Part shown: in pieces, positions 1-11,238 of the stretch | How positions within the stretch are numbered: position 1 is the stretch's first letter | How the letters are laid out: every line of letters starts with the position of its first letter | Virus record (IMG/VR): IMGVR_UViG_3300027793_000078 | Coordinates: 14,478 to 78,477 of that record | DNA: 64,000 nucleotides | Direction: 5' to 3' (one strand) | Source of the DNA: a virus | Position numbers and translations under genes: made by a program | The notes under the pieces: generated by a model | The model's database searches: none | What the model was told of the DNA's origin: nothing | The model's input: the letters and a program-made list of their open reading frames with translations, nothing else

Positions 1-1
1 T

Positions 2-2068
2 TATAAACCGCTTGTTGATGAAAACGGATTGCAAATTTATTATGCTGATACTCCCCGTGCTTGTATAGCATACAAAGGAAATGTACCTTATAGTTGGTGT
101 GTAAGTCGAAGTACAACGAATCTTTATTACGCTTATCGTTATAGAAGTAATCAGCCGAGTTTTTATTTTGTTAAAGACATAGAGGCAACAAAAGAAGAAT
201 TATCAAAACCATTCACAGGCCGATTTGACAATCCTTGGCACTTCTTTGTAATTCAAAAAACCAAAGATCAAACATATATTGTTAGTAGTGCCAATAATGA
301 TGGTGATGTGGAAATGACATGGAATCAAATTTTGGAAATTCAACCAAAACTACATGGCATGGAGCATTATTTCAAACACGTACCATTAAAACGAAAAGAA
401 GTATTAAAATATAAAGAATTAAAAGATTTAGGCGATCAAGGATTCGCAAAATTAAAATATTCAGACAAATCGCTGTATTTGGATATGTTTCCCGGCAATA
501 TTACAGATTTTAAATTTAAATATTTGCCCGATGAATTAAAAAACAAATATATAGGATTTGGTATGGGATTGAGCGAAGATCAATACAATCAAATCAAAAA
601 TAATAAAAATTTATTAAAACGATCTATTCAAATGATTGAACGTCGTATAGAATTATATTTTGATAATGATAGACTTCGCAATCTAAGTGACGGTGATTGG
701 TGTGTATTTTTTGATACAGTTGATGGGCAAAAAATATTGGAAAAATATATAGTAAAAGACACAGATTCACATAATAGATTCTTGTTGGAAATTCTACTAA
801 GTAGATCAACTAAATTAAATAGAAACACAGACAAAATAATAGAAAATATCTTGTCTATAAAACCATATTTTCCAGCGTATGATATAAAGCAACTAATGCA
901 TTATTCATCTAATCCTGTGAATGTAGTAGAATTTATTGCACGCACAAACAAAGGAAAATTTGAATGGGCAACAGAAATGAATGATGTCATGTATCAGTTA
1001 TTATTGACCAATTCAAAAAATTTCAGTGAGTTACTGGATGTGTTATTGAAATTGAATAAAAAAGAAAAAACTTCTAAAGATGCATCTTCAAAGTATAATT
1101 TACCTGAAAATTCTATTGTTTCAATATTAAGAGCGTCTCCAGATTATAAACAAGCACTTGATATTTTTAAACAAAATGGATATTCTATTGATATAAGTGA
1201 AGATCAGGTGGATCGTTTAATATATGGACGCTCTAACACAATTTATAAGGATGGATCTGCGTTGATTCAACATTTAGGAGATAAGTTTACAGATAGAAGT
1301 ATATATCATTTAGTATATTACATTAAAAATGTACCCTCGACAACCGAACAAAAACAAAATTTAATTGAATTAATTATTTCAATCAAAACAAAGCTGAACG
1401 ACGATTCGTTTCGTAGTTTAATTCATCTTTCACCATTCAAGGAAAAAACATTCTTGTTGATAACGTCAAACAATAAGTACGCTGGCGATGCTATTAAAGA
1501 ATTACTGTTTTTAATTAGTCCTCGTCTATCTGAGCTAAATGAAAACGACAAATATACGATTGTTACTTTAATATGCAAATATGGCAAAGATACAATTACA
1601 GAAAGTCAAAAACGTATGTTAATTGCGTCTTTATCAGATGTAGATACGGTCATCAAAGAAATGCAAAAATATGATATAACATTACCTGTATTAAGTGATC
1701 ACACAATTCAATTTATATTAAGTGATTCAATTAGTCCCTTGAATTTTGCGTACTATTTGCAACGCAATAACATAACGTTTAACGTAAAGAAGACCGAAAT
1801 ACAACCATTAGTGATATATTCAAAAAATCCATTGGAATTTATAAGTGTTTTGCAAATGTTTAGTATTCCAATTATATTAAGCGACAGAGCAATGATTGGA
1901 CTTTTAAATAAATACACAAATAACCTCACATATGTTCGTTCATTGATTGCAAAACTTGTAGAAATATTTGGAAAACCGAGATTGTTAAATTTAAAAAAAC
2001 TGAATGCTTCAATACGTAATATTGCTTGGGCGACTAATTGGTTTGGTCCAAAGGATTCAAAAATTTAA
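2..2068 (+). CDS. 5'-truncated large phage protein, paralog of 2114..4948 (WCxS-motif domain + divergent helical C-terminus)
   Basis: Frame is open from the window edge (YKPLVDENGLQIYYA) and aligns with GKPLVEKNGLEIYYA of the next ORF; shared YSWC(V/I)SRS and PSFYFVKDIEAT, NPWHFFVIQKTKD. Confidence 0.75.
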   Translation, partial: YKPLVDENGLQIYYADTPRACIAYKGNVPYSWCVSRSTTNLYYAYRYRSNQPSFYFVKDIEATKEELSKPFTGRFDNPWHFFVIQKTKDQTYIVSSANNDGDVEMTWNQILEIQPKLHGMEHYFKHVPLKRKEVLKYKELKDLGDQGFAKLKYSDKSLYLDMFPGNITDFKFKYLPDELKNKYIGFGMGLSEDQYNQIKNNKNLLKRSIQMIERRIELYFDNDRLRNLSDGDWCVFFDTVDGQKILEKYIVKDTDSHNRFLLEILLSRSTKLNRNTDKIIENILSIKPYFPAYDIKQLMHYSSNPVNVVEFIARTNKGKFEWATEMNDVMYQLLLTNSKNFSELLDVLLKLNKKEKTSKDASSKYNLPENSIVSILRASPDYKQALDIFKQNGYSIDISEDQVDRLIYGRSNTIYKDGSALIQHLGDKFTDRSIYHLVYYIKNVPSTTEQKQNLIELIISIKTKLNDDSFRSLIHLSPFKEKTFLLITSNNKYAGDAIKELLFLISPRLSELNENDKYTIVTLICKYGKDTITESQKRMLIASLSDVDTVIKEMQKYDITLPVLSDHTIQFILSDSISPLNFAYYLQRNNITFNVKKTEIQPLVIYSKNPLEFISVLQMFSIPIILSDRAMIGLLNKYTNNLTYVRSLIAKLVEIFGKPRLLNLKKLNASIRNIAWATNWFGPKDSKI

Positions 2069-2113
2069 AATGATTACATTTATGTCTACCAAATAAATAT
2101 TTATAAACGAGAT

Positions 2114-4948
2114 ATGAATTACACTGAATATTACAAGCATCTGATGAACGAGGCACTTGGTGATGTAGAAAGAATAAAGTGGAAACAACAGGTTCCAACT
2201 TTAACTAATAACATTATCAACAGCTATATTGAAAAATTTGATACAATACGTAAAACTCGTCCATCTGCCGCACAACATGATATAGACGACTTTAATATAG
2301 CAAAGGGTAATGATCGATATGATATTAGTAAATATAATAATTGGAAAGACTTTGAAGCATTTGTCGATTATGTAAATGGTCAAATTGATTTGGAAAAATC
2401 CAAAGGAAAGAAATTCACTGATATTAAAGTTGATGGCAAGCCGCTTGTTGAGAAAAATGGGTTGGAAATATACTATGCGATGGATAAACATGCTTGTATT
2501 AGATACAAAGGCGATAAACCTTATAGCTGGTGCATAAGTCGAAGTGACTCAAGCAACATGTATAACACATATCGTTATAAATATAATGAACCTAGTTTCT
2601 ATTTTGTAAAAGATATTGAAGCAACACAAAAAGAGTTTGAACATGGATTTGATGGAACATTTAAAAATCCGTGGCATTTCTTTGTAATCCAAAAAACTAA
2701 AGATGGAGATTATATTGTTACAAATGCTGACAACAACGGAGACGCAACAATGTCATGGAATCACATTTTAAGAATTCAGCCAAAATTAAATGGAATGGAA
2801 GAATATTTTGTAAATGTGCCGTTGTCTGATATTGAAAAACAAAACTATGAACGGTTCATAGATGGATTGAGTGATCGAGAATTTGCAAAATTAAATTACA
2901 AAGAAAAAGAATCATATTTGGATATTGCTATTCCAAATAATGAATTAACGGATTTTAAATTTAAATCTCTGCCGGATGATTTAAAAAATAAATATATTGG
3001 ATTTGGAATAAGAATTACACCGGGTCAATATGAAATAATCAAAAAAAATAAGTCTTTACTCAAAAGACTAACTGAAATATCTATTAGAAGATTCGAATTG
3101 TATAAACAAAATCAACTATATTTATGGGATTTGAGTGATATTGACTTTAAAGCGATTGCAGCATCACCAAATGCTGCACGAATTTTACAATTTAAAACCG
3201 ACGATGATTTTTTTAGATTTATAAAAATGTTTGGTGCTGACTTAGATGAAGTAATAAAGTTACTTGGACTTGATACATTAACCACCTTATTCAAACGATA
3301 CCCACAAAAAGCATTTGAGTTATATGATGATCTCGAAATAACAAAACAAATTGTTCAAATATTGGGTGAACATATGAAATTTGTTTCTATTAAAGCTCCG
3401 GAGGGGTATTCATCTAGTAATTATGGACCTACGTATCGTAATTTTTATACTGATAATGTAAATAATCTTATATCGGTAATCGACTTGATTTTAAAATATC
3501 GTGATAAATTGAGTATAACAGAGTGTGATTATATTTTAAGAAATCATATGTATGGCTTTGATACAGATGACGAAAACACCATCAGCAACAAAATTTTTGA
3601 ACTGTATAAACAAGGTAAAATTGAACATGCCAATGAAGTTCCTCTTGGATTGAACAAAGAATATGTTGCCGATCTTTTAGCATGGATATTAATGACAAAC
3701 AAAAATCCTGAAAAAATTTTTGATTATGTAGATTTTTCAATTTGGCAACATTTAACACAGAATACATTAAAGATGTTGTTTAAAAGCCAAAATAAAATAA
3801 TACACAAGAAACTTGCACCAATTTTTAAAGATTCTTTAAAAATAGGGCCACTTATGTACGATTTTATAATGACTGTGGTAAGAGGTGACAGAAATAAAAT
3901 TCTTAATTTTGTACAAAAAATGGGAGGAGTTGAAAACATAAGAAATCGTATGCCAGAATATGGAATTTCAACTATTTTATACAACACACCAACAATAAAT
4001 TTGCCACTAATCGCGTCATTGATTCCAAAAAAACTTATTGAAAAATTAACTGGATACGATATTAGATCAATTATTAAAAGTTCACTTGGTGAACCTAATA
4101 AATTCAACGACAAAAGTTCAAATGTCAGACTACCATTATTATTCAAAATTATAGGTGCGACGGCAATAACAAATGCAATGAAAGGATCTGAATTGTATTT
4201 TTTATTAAGCGAAGTTGTTAAAAGCTATTCACCATCTGTTGTTGACAAAAATTCTATTGATAATTTTTGCGAATTGATAATTAAAACAAAGGGAAATGAA
4301 CTAGAAAGCGGTAAACTGTTAAACGAGGTAGAAGCAATATTGACATTTTCAAATAATATTAAACGAATGTTTGATTTAATCGATAAAGAAAAAATTGATA
4401 ATTTGAATAACGAAAGTGTTTATAGTTTATTAAAACATAGTTTTTTTGAGAAAAATTTTAGCAAAAACATAGAACTTTTGGAATTATTGGGAGCAAATAA
4501 TGTATCAAAAGCATTAGAAGTTTTCGACGCATCATACAATGCATATTATGATAATTCATATGATTTTTTTTCAAGTGCATCAAGAAAGCCGCCATTGTTT
4601 GAATATTTGATAAAACAGTTAGTTGCATCAGGTAGAAATATGAACAGTGCCATAATAGGTAATATAATTAGTTGTACCATGAGTGTTGATCTTGAAAAAA
4701 TAGGAAATATATTGGGTGCGGAAAAAATTTCATTATTAAGTGATCATATAATTGGATATAACATGTCGAAACGATCAGATAAAGATTCATTAATTACTTT
4801 ACTTATTAAATCTTTTGATAAGCAAAAATTAATAGATTTGATGATAACAAGTGTCGGAAAAAACTGGGAATCTCAAGTATCAAAACAAACATATCAAATG
4901 CTAACCGGCGTGACGGAACATTTATTATACAAAAATTACTATTTATAA
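2114..4948 (+). CDS. Large hypothetical protein with N-terminal YTEYYKHLMNE tag, probable virion-internal protein
   Basis: 944 aa ORF; TATTTATA at 2098-2105; paralogous to upstream ORF. Confidence 0.7.
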   Translation: MNYTEYYKHLMNEALGDVERIKWKQQVPTLTNNIINSYIEKFDTIRKTRPSAAQHDIDDFNIAKGNDRYDISKYNNWKDFEAFVDYVNGQIDLEKSKGKKFTDIKVDGKPLVEKNGLEIYYAMDKHACIRYKGDKPYSWCISRSDSSNMYNTYRYKYNEPSFYFVKDIEATQKEFEHGFDGTFKNPWHFFVIQKTKDGDYIVTNADNNGDATMSWNHILRIQPKLNGMEEYFVNVPLSDIEKQNYERFIDGLSDREFAKLNYKEKESYLDIAIPNNELTDFKFKSLPDDLKNKYIGFGIRITPGQYEIIKKNKSLLKRLTEISIRRFELYKQNQLYLWDLSDIDFKAIAASPNAARILQFKTDDDFFRFIKMFGADLDEVIKLLGLDTLTTLFKRYPQKAFELYDDLEITKQIVQILGEHMKFVSIKAPEGYSSSNYGPTYRNFYTDNVNNLISVIDLILKYRDKLSITECDYILRNHMYGFDTDDENTISNKIFELYKQGKIEHANEVPLGLNKEYVADLLAWILMTNKNPEKIFDYVDFSIWQHLTQNTLKMLFKSQNKIIHKKLAPIFKDSLKIGPLMYDFIMTVVRGDRNKILNFVQKMGGVENIRNRMPEYGISTILYNTPTINLPLIASLIPKKLIEKLTGYDIRSIIKSSLGEPNKFNDKSSNVRLPLLFKIIGATAITNAMKGSELYFLLSEVVKSYSPSVVDKNSIDNFCELIIKTKGNELESGKLLNEVEAILTFSNNIKRMFDLIDKEKIDNLNNESVYSLLKHSFFEKNFSKNIELLELLGANNVSKALEVFDASYNAYYDNSYDFFSSASRKPPLFEYLIKQLVASGRNMNSAIIGNIISCTMSVDLEKIGNILGAEKISLLSDHIIGYNMSKRSDKDSLITLLIKSFDKQKLIDLMITSVGKNWESQVSKQTYQMLTGVTEHLLYKNYYL

Positions 4949-4956
4949 GATAAAAA

Positions 4957-5514
4957 ATGAAATATACAGATTATTATAAACATTTATTATTTGAGTCTTT
5001 AGTTGATAAAAAAATTATAGATGTTCCTAAAGAACCGGGAACAGTTCCTATTCCGAGTAATCATCTTAGATTGTATCATTATACCGACGCAAGCAATGAT
5101 GAACTTGAAAGAGATGGTTTATTGATTTCCAAAGCGAAAGGACATATGTATGGAGAGCCAGATTTTGTTTGGGCTTCATTGAAGCAACCCGGTAATTACA
5201 AAAAATATGTAGAATTTAGTGTACCTATTGATGATCCTAGATTCAGCATGTGGGGTTCTAAACCAGATGCTTATAGAGGTGCTGAGTTTTATTCAGGTAA
5301 AAGCAATGATTTTACATTTCAAGGTGATATAAAACCAAATGAATTCATTGCAATACATGAACCGTGGCATCATCACTATAGATATATTGTAAATGAAAAG
5401 CCAAGCATAGTACAAAACGTATTAGATGGCGAGTATGATTATTTATTGCAAAAAAAATCAACTCCTGATGAAGCACAAGCGATCAATGCAATTAAAATAA
5501 ACTATGGTAATTAA
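4957..5514 (+). CDS. Putative ADP-ribosyltransferase-fold protein with N-terminal tag
   Basis: LYHYT...DGL...FVWAS...F.GDIKP pattern resembles small phage ART-like domains; tag MKYTDYYKHLLFE. Confidence 0.4.
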   Translation: MKYTDYYKHLLFESLVDKKIIDVPKEPGTVPIPSNHLRLYHYTDASNDELERDGLLISKAKGHMYGEPDFVWASLKQPGNYKKYVEFSVPIDDPRFSMWGSKPDAYRGAEFYSGKSNDFTFQGDIKPNEFIAIHEPWHHHYRYIVNEKPSIVQNVLDGEYDYLLQKKSTPDEAQAINAIKINYGN

Positions 5515-5517
5515 AAT

Positions 5518-6084
5518 ATGAAATACACTGATTTTTATACAAATTTATTAAATGAAGATACTCCAGACATTGAATTAACTGGGAAAACGGTGACGGCAAA
5601 TAATGTACCTTTAAAAAATTTAGATTTAGCTGCCGTGGAAAAAAACATTGTTATGTTTAGAATGCCACATTCAAATTCATTTTTTGGAGAAGGTTACACG
5701 CTGATATATTTTATGGATAGTGAACAATCAGCACAGGACATGATAAACAACAAGATACCATATTTAACGGTTCCTAGAGGAACATTTACCAGCGGCGGCA
5801 GCCCAATAACTGATATTTGGAAAAATCGTTTTCAGAAACCCGGAACAGAACACATTTTAGGCGTAATAGAAGGATGGACAAATAAAGATAAAATTTATAT
5901 TGATATGATTACAGTCCGTCCCAAATATCGACGAAATACCATTGCTCAAAAAATGATAGCTATCATAAGAAAATCATTTCCAAATGCAAAAATAAGTTAT
6001 TCACATGCCACTCCAGCAGGATCTAAGTTTTTTACGTCATATCAAAAAAACATTCCACCCGAACAATGGCAGGGAGAAAAATAA
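5518..6084 (+). CDS. GNAT-family acetyltransferase with N-terminal tag
   Basis: IYIDMITVRPKYRRNTIAQKMI (motif A) and TPAGSKFF; tag MKYTDFYTNLLNE. Confidence 0.65.
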   Translation: MKYTDFYTNLLNEDTPDIELTGKTVTANNVPLKNLDLAAVEKNIVMFRMPHSNSFFGEGYTLIYFMDSEQSAQDMINNKIPYLTVPRGTFTSGGSPITDIWKNRFQKPGTEHILGVIEGWTNKDKIYIDMITVRPKYRRNTIAQKMIAIIRKSFPNAKISYSHATPAGSKFFTSYQKNIPPEQWQGEK

Positions 6085-6276
6085 ATGCATAACTATACGC
6101 CTAGTGAAGAAAGATATATTGTTGCAGTTGGTCATCATAGATTATTATGGATTGGACAATATTTTGGAAAATGGATGGCTAATTAAACGATTATAATAAC
6201 AATTAATGGTTATAATATTTCTATTTATAATTAATTTAAAATAAGTTATATCATTTAAATGTAATATTTATATTGT

Positions 6277-6819
6277 ATGAAAAAAGAAACACTTGTCAGT
6301 TTGATAAAAGAATGCATTCAAGAAATTTTGAATGAAAATAATTTGGCCGCTAAAACTTTTTCCTATAATCGACATAATTTGTTAAAGGAATTAGAAGAAT
6401 CCAGCAAATGTAAATGTGGAAGCGGATTAGACAGTGACTGGAAATTAGATAGTCGTGGTATTCCATTAGCAAAAGTATGTCCAGAATGTGAAGTTAATAC
6501 ACTAAAAGGATTTCGTAGAGATGTTCTATTGGACCCAAACTATAAAAAAAATAAATCAATTGACCAAGATATTGATGAATCAACGATGTCATACAGTCAA
6601 CTCGTTCAACGTTTCGCGGCAGAATCAAAAAAGAAATATAAAAACGCTGACATAAATAAAGTATATCTTTATTGCATCAAAAATCCAAATGCTACAATTC
6701 TTCATTTAGAAAAAGATCCTGTACTTAATGATCCTACCGAATTTAATGACGATACAAGATACGCTATTTACTATGTATTTGGTAAATTAGGCCGAGAAAA
6801 AATGCACCACATCGTATGA
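6277..6819 (+). CDS. Hypothetical protein with Cys-rich (CxCGSG...CxxC) zinc-binding segment and N-terminal tag
   Basis: KCKCGSG...DSRGIPLAKVCPEC; starts LIKECIQEILNE; TATTTATA at 6265-6272. Confidence 0.55.
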   Translation: MKKETLVSLIKECIQEILNENNLAAKTFSYNRHNLLKELEESSKCKCGSGLDSDWKLDSRGIPLAKVCPECEVNTLKGFRRDVLLDPNYKKNKSIDQDIDESTMSYSQLVQRFAAESKKKYKNADINKVYLYCIKNPNATILHLEKDPVLNDPTEFNDDTRYAIYYVFGKLGREKMHHIV

Positions 6820-6897
6820 TGTAAGAAATTAAATATATAGTAGTTGCAGAATATAATAAATTGACGTGATTATCATTTTGTGTTAGATTGTCGTAGT

Positions 6898-7170
6898 ATG
6901 AACACAAAAAAAGACACTACAATCAAAGCTACTACTGTAATACACGTTACATTACAAGATCAAAACTTCACACTTTCTCAAGCAGATGCATATCATCTTT
7001 ATTATGCATTGGCGACTGCATTGGGAATATATCCGCATTATTATTCAGGTACTATAAATACACCATTTACTTCGCAGAATAATAGCGGTACTCCATTGCC
7101 ACAACCCGCATTTATGACCAGTGAGGGAACACCTATTAATCTTGTCGCAAATATTACTGGACCTAAATAA
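6898..7170 (+). CDS. Hypothetical protein
   Basis: ATG just downstream of TTGACG-N17-TAGATT promoter. Confidence 0.5.
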   Translation: MNTKKDTTIKATTVIHVTLQDQNFTLSQADAYHLYYALATALGIYPHYYSGTINTPFTSQNNSGTPLPQPAFMTSEGTPINLVANITGPK

Positions 7171-7171
7171 T

Positions 7172-7519
7172 ATGTTTACAAATACAACTATAATTTTGTC
7201 TGGATTCACAAACAACATCACATCACAAAATAATGAAATTTCCGTATTGAGAAACAATCAACCTGATATTTGGGTTGCAATACTAATTACTATTGGCCTA
7301 TTGATATTGGTCAAATTTATGTTTAGTATTGAATACCGTAAATATCAGTCTAGAAAATATCTACGTATGAACGAAAATCTATTATCAGAAGAAAAATTGA
7401 AAATTATGTATTCAAACATTCGTGCAAAATACAACGACAGACAATTGGAATTTCCATTTGTAAAAGAAATTGATGATGCTTATGTAGCTGCCCGATATAA
7501 TCTCAATGCACATGAGTAA
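7172..7519 (+). CDS. Hypothetical membrane protein
   Basis: One hydrophobic segment IWVAILITIGLLILVKFMF. Confidence 0.5.
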   Translation: MFTNTTIILSGFTNNITSQNNEISVLRNNQPDIWVAILITIGLLILVKFMFSIEYRKYQSRKYLRMNENLLSEEKLKIMYSNIRAKYNDRQLEFPFVKEIDDAYVAARYNLNAHE

Positions 7520-7751
7520 AAGAGTATTTTTCTTTCATTACAACAAACCTGCAAGTCGCAGTGCCAATGCACCTAAAATGACTGTTCATTACAAAGGTGT
7601 ATGTCACATTGTAGATCATATTATTTGCAGCGTAAGCGTTCATACACATCATAATAAACGACAGCCGCATGTTGTTTTAAAAGGAAAAGCCAATAATATA
7701 GTGTTTATTGAAGATGTTCCATCCAAAGAAACGACAGCACTAATAACGTAA
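7512..7751 (+). CDS. Small hypothetical phage protein
   Basis: FFFHYNKP...MTVHYKG...QPHVVLKG; tightly packed with neighbours. Confidence 0.5.
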   Translation: MSKRVFFFHYNKPASRSANAPKMTVHYKGVCHIVDHIICSVSVHTHHNKRQPHVVLKGKANNIVFIEDVPSKETTALIT

Positions 7752-7824
7752 AAGTTGCGTTTATCATCTATTATGATTGAAATATTCCCGATTATATCCA
7801 TTTTCGGGAATATTTATTTTAAAT

Positions 7825-8925
7825 ATGATAACATACAAACAACTTGCAGAAGCAATTCTTTTAGAAAATAATAATTTTCGAGGCGAGTATTGGATACAAG
7901 ATGGATACGTTCAATTTGCTGATGGTGATGTTGGTGATTTAAATCATGAAGCGATTGTTATACAAAGTGCCGCCAGTCAAGTTCTGTCGCACATAGGTAT
8001 AGATGCAGATGAACCATATATACCAGATATGGATGATGAAATTTATGAAGCCATACAAAATGATCTGCCTGAAGAAATACAAACACAATACGTAGACGGG
8101 GAAATATCAGCAAAAGATTGTTTAAAGTATTATGGCAAACATGTATTACAAAATGCAAAATTTGATGAATTGGTTGATGCTGCATATGATCGTATTGATG
8201 TAAGACGTTTTGCAATGCGTGAATGGGGATGGAAAGCTATTCGTGGAAACAACGTAGACACATGGAATTTAACATCCGAAGATTTGAAAAAAATAAGTTC
8301 TGGATTAAGTGATGCTTATGACGCAGAAATTACTCAATATGAACAAAATAACAAATCAGTTGATGAAAATGGATTTGCCGGACCATATTTTAATATTGAA
8401 GTGTATAGTGTAGGTGACTATTATAGTGATGTTCCATTTTCACTAATTGAAAGCAAAAATGTGGCATCGTTGCGTCCTTATAAAACGATTAACAGAGGAG
8501 AACGTATTACAGAATCAAATGGACTCGTCGGACGAGTTGAATTGCCAAGCAAAAAAAATAAAATAGACGATTCATTACGACAGGAATTAAATGATTTGAG
8601 TAAAAAGTACGAAGAAAATTTGGATTCAAGAGCATACGGATATGTAGATCACATTAAATTAGACGCATTAGTGGCTAAAAAAACAGCGCCTGTTGGAACT
8701 GGGTCTGCATACATGAATGAGTTATGTCGTATCGCAGACAAATATCAACGAATCATCGTATTGTATACAGCTACAAGAGGATATGGCGGCGGAAATGGTT
8801 TTAAAAAAACAACCAGCACTGATCGAATAAAAAGATTTTATCAACGATTTGGATTTGTCAGTAATTATAGTAACCCCGATTATAACCCGGATTTAGGTGG
8901 TAATATGCACCGCAATCCAAAATAA
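7825..8925 (+). CDS. Two-domain protein: unknown N-domain + C-terminal GNAT-like domain, N-terminal tag
   Basis: GTGSAYMNELCRIADKY...RIKRFYQRFGF; start moved to ATG after TATTTAT (7811); tag YKQLAEAILLE. Confidence 0.6.
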   Translation: MITYKQLAEAILLENNNFRGEYWIQDGYVQFADGDVGDLNHEAIVIQSAASQVLSHIGIDADEPYIPDMDDEIYEAIQNDLPEEIQTQYVDGEISAKDCLKYYGKHVLQNAKFDELVDAAYDRIDVRRFAMREWGWKAIRGNNVDTWNLTSEDLKKISSGLSDAYDAEITQYEQNNKSVDENGFAGPYFNIEVYSVGDYYSDVPFSLIESKNVASLRPYKTINRGERITESNGLVGRVELPSKKNKIDDSLRQELNDLSKKYEENLDSRAYGYVDHIKLDALVAKKTAPVGTGSAYMNELCRIADKYQRIIVLYTATRGYGGGNGFKKTTSTDRIKRFYQRFGFVSNYSNPDYNPDLGGNMHRNPK

Positions 8926-8997
8926 AACAATTTAAAAAATTATTATATGTTGTTTATAACTGATGATTTGATATACTTATGAGTATATAACTACGTT

Positions 8998-10011
8998 ATG
9001 ATATACGCTGAAGATGGATTTAAAGATGACGAAATTTACTTAAAAAATGTAGCAAGTTTAATACGTGAATATTGTGATCAATACAAAAAAGAACACAATG
9101 AACTAATGCCAAAATATGAAATGGCACAGCCGTATGTTAAATCCAAATATCCAAATTGCACAAGTTCAGATTTTCGCAGAGCAATGCATATTTATTGCAC
9201 CGACTTGCTTTTATATACTGAATTAACGAAAACGTCAGTATATAAAGATTTACAACGTGCATATTTGATGTTTCCAAAAAACATGAAGAGATTGGCTGAA
9301 TGTGCGAATGTCACTGAAGAAATGGCTTCATTTTATACGAGATTTTGGGCATCAAATGGTGACAAACTTTCAGATGAATGTTTATATAAATTCAACCTAC
9401 ATTATCAATCGTATTTAGATGGAGAAATATTAATATCTGAATTTTCAAAGAAAATTTTTAATTCAACAAATGCGGTTCAAATTTTGCTACTTCATATGCA
9501 GCAAAATTTTTTGATTAGTAAATCGCATTATCAAAAAGCACAGAGCAAGATAAAAAAACGCGGGTTAGAATTTAAAATAACTGGCGATTATATTAATAAA
9601 ATCTTTGTTGAACAAAATGGTAGATGTGCGGTAACAAATACACCAATTTGTTCTTTTTATACAGATAGAAATGCAGTTTCTCCTTTGGTTTACAGTATTG
9701 ACAGAATAGATAATGCAGTGGGGTATCTTCCCGGCAACATTAGACTTACCACAAAAAATGCAAATATGTGTCGTGGCAGTCTTACTGTAAATGAATTTAA
9801 AGAATTCATTGTTGTTGCATTTATGAATATTGCCCGTGAAAATAAAAATTTAAATCATCTTTATGATGAAAAAATATTGGAAAAAATATCATTTGATAAA
9901 GAACCACACGCACTATTATCCAACGTAAATGACTGCGACGATCTTTTAATATTTACAGAAAAATCAAAGGTTGAAACTAAAAAAGTTGAATATGATTACT
10001 GTTACGAGTAA
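8998..10011 (+). CDS. Protein with C-terminal HNH-like (His-Me finger) endonuclease domain
   Basis: QNGRCAVT...SIDRIDNAVGYLPGNIRLTTKNANMCRG. Confidence 0.65.
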   Translation: MIYAEDGFKDDEIYLKNVASLIREYCDQYKKEHNELMPKYEMAQPYVKSKYPNCTSSDFRRAMHIYCTDLLLYTELTKTSVYKDLQRAYLMFPKNMKRLAECANVTEEMASFYTRFWASNGDKLSDECLYKFNLHYQSYLDGEILISEFSKKIFNSTNAVQILLLHMQQNFLISKSHYQKAQSKIKKRGLEFKITGDYINKIFVEQNGRCAVTNTPICSFYTDRNAVSPLVYSIDRIDNAVGYLPGNIRLTTKNANMCRGSLTVNEFKEFIVVAFMNIARENKNLNHLYDEKILEKISFDKEPHALLSNVNDCDDLLIFTEKSKVETKKVEYDYCYE

Positions 10012-10020
10012 ACAAAACAA

Positions 10021-10245
10021 ATGAAAGCAAAACACATAAAATACACGGTTGAGTTTGATGTTCCTATTAAAATAGAAGATACAAAAATGAATCCAAATGC
10101 ATATGATATGATTACAGCATTAATGGAGCAGTCTATAAAAACACAATTGTTCTATTTTACCAAAGACGGAGTACCACCACATTCAGTGCGAGCAAAAAAC
10201 ATAAAGGTATCATACGAAACCACAGTTCAAGATTATCAGATATAA
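10021..10245 (+). CDS. Hypothetical protein
   Basis: ORF in tightly packed + strand run. Confidence 0.45.
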   Translation: MKAKHIKYTVEFDVPIKIEDTKMNPNAYDMITALMEQSIKTQLFYFTKDGVPPHSVRAKNIKVSYETTVQDYQI

Positions 10246-10286
10246 GAAATTGAATCTAATTTTTTATAATGATACTATGTATCACT

Positions 10287-10523
10287 ATGAGTTCAAAAAA
10301 GAAAGTAACAATCAAACCAAAAGACATCAAATACTCGGTAAATAATACAGAATTGCCGGTAACTATTACACACGATAATAAAGTGTATTTTGATGTTGAT
10401 CCAAAAGATGAAGCCGCAGTTCTTGCAAAAGATCAAGATAAAATAAATGAATATCAAGCGAAGGTTCAGAAAACGATGGAATATTTATATTTAGAAGGCT
10501 TTATCGAAAATGAACCTGAATAA
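10287..10523 (+). CDS. Hypothetical protein
   Basis: ORF; C-terminal YLYLEGFI resembles YLIDEGFV of 31176..31382. Confidence 0.45.
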   Translation: MSSKKKVTIKPKDIKYSVNNTELPVTITHDNKVYFDVDPKDEAAVLAKDQDKINEYQAKVQKTMEYLYLEGFIENEPE

Positions 10524-11226
10524 AATATTTCTCGCTTTTTTAATTTTTATATCTACTGCCGTTGCCGACGTTGTAAGTTATACAAATACACTACCTGCTA
10601 ATTTTGATTACACAGAAAATACAATAGGTAGAATCAATACCCAACAAACAATAACAATACCTCAATGGGACAATAATTTGTTTGTAAATTCGACACTAGT
10701 TAGTGTGTCGTATCAAATAAGAGGATTTTACTCATTTAATTATTTTGTATCTACTGGACCAAATACATACGGTGATTTTGAGTTTGCATATAATAATATG
10801 TATATGCAAGTAGAAGGTCCATTTACAACTTCAACAAGTGTAAATTTAATAGAATCTGATTTTGGTGGGCAATATTCTACTAATTTTGTTAATGTTTTTC
10901 CATTAACTACCATCAGCGGAACGTCAGGACTAATAAATAGTGTTGCATCTGATGTGTTGTTTGATAATAATATCGCAAATTATATTGGAACTGGTACATT
11001 GTCGTTTTTAATAAATGAATCATCATTTATTTACATAAAAGGATATGCAACCGGCAACGGAGACATATCTTATACCCAAGGAGCAAGTAAATACAATGCA
11101 TTAGAACTTGTTGTTAATTACGAATATATTACTATACCTGAATCAAATTCATTATACGTTTTATTAGGTATTACTGCAATATTAATACCAGTATATTACT
11201 TTAACAATATAAAACGAAAACTCTAA
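10510..11226 (+). CDS. Secreted PEP-CTERM-type surface protein (choice-of-anchor E-like domain)
   Basis: Signal peptide; TITIPQWD..TLVSV; C-terminal IPES + TM helix + KRK. Confidence 0.65.
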   Translation: MNLNKIFLAFLIFISTAVADVVSYTNTLPANFDYTENTIGRINTQQTITIPQWDNNLFVNSTLVSVSYQIRGFYSFNYFVSTGPNTYGDFEFAYNNMYMQVEGPFTTSTSVNLIESDFGGQYSTNFVNVFPLTTISGTSGLINSVASDVLFDNNIANYIGTGTLSFLINESSFIYIKGYATGNGDISYTQGASKYNALELVVNYEYITIPESNSLYVLLGITAILIPVYYFNNIKRKL

Positions 11227-11238
11227 TATTTATAGGAT

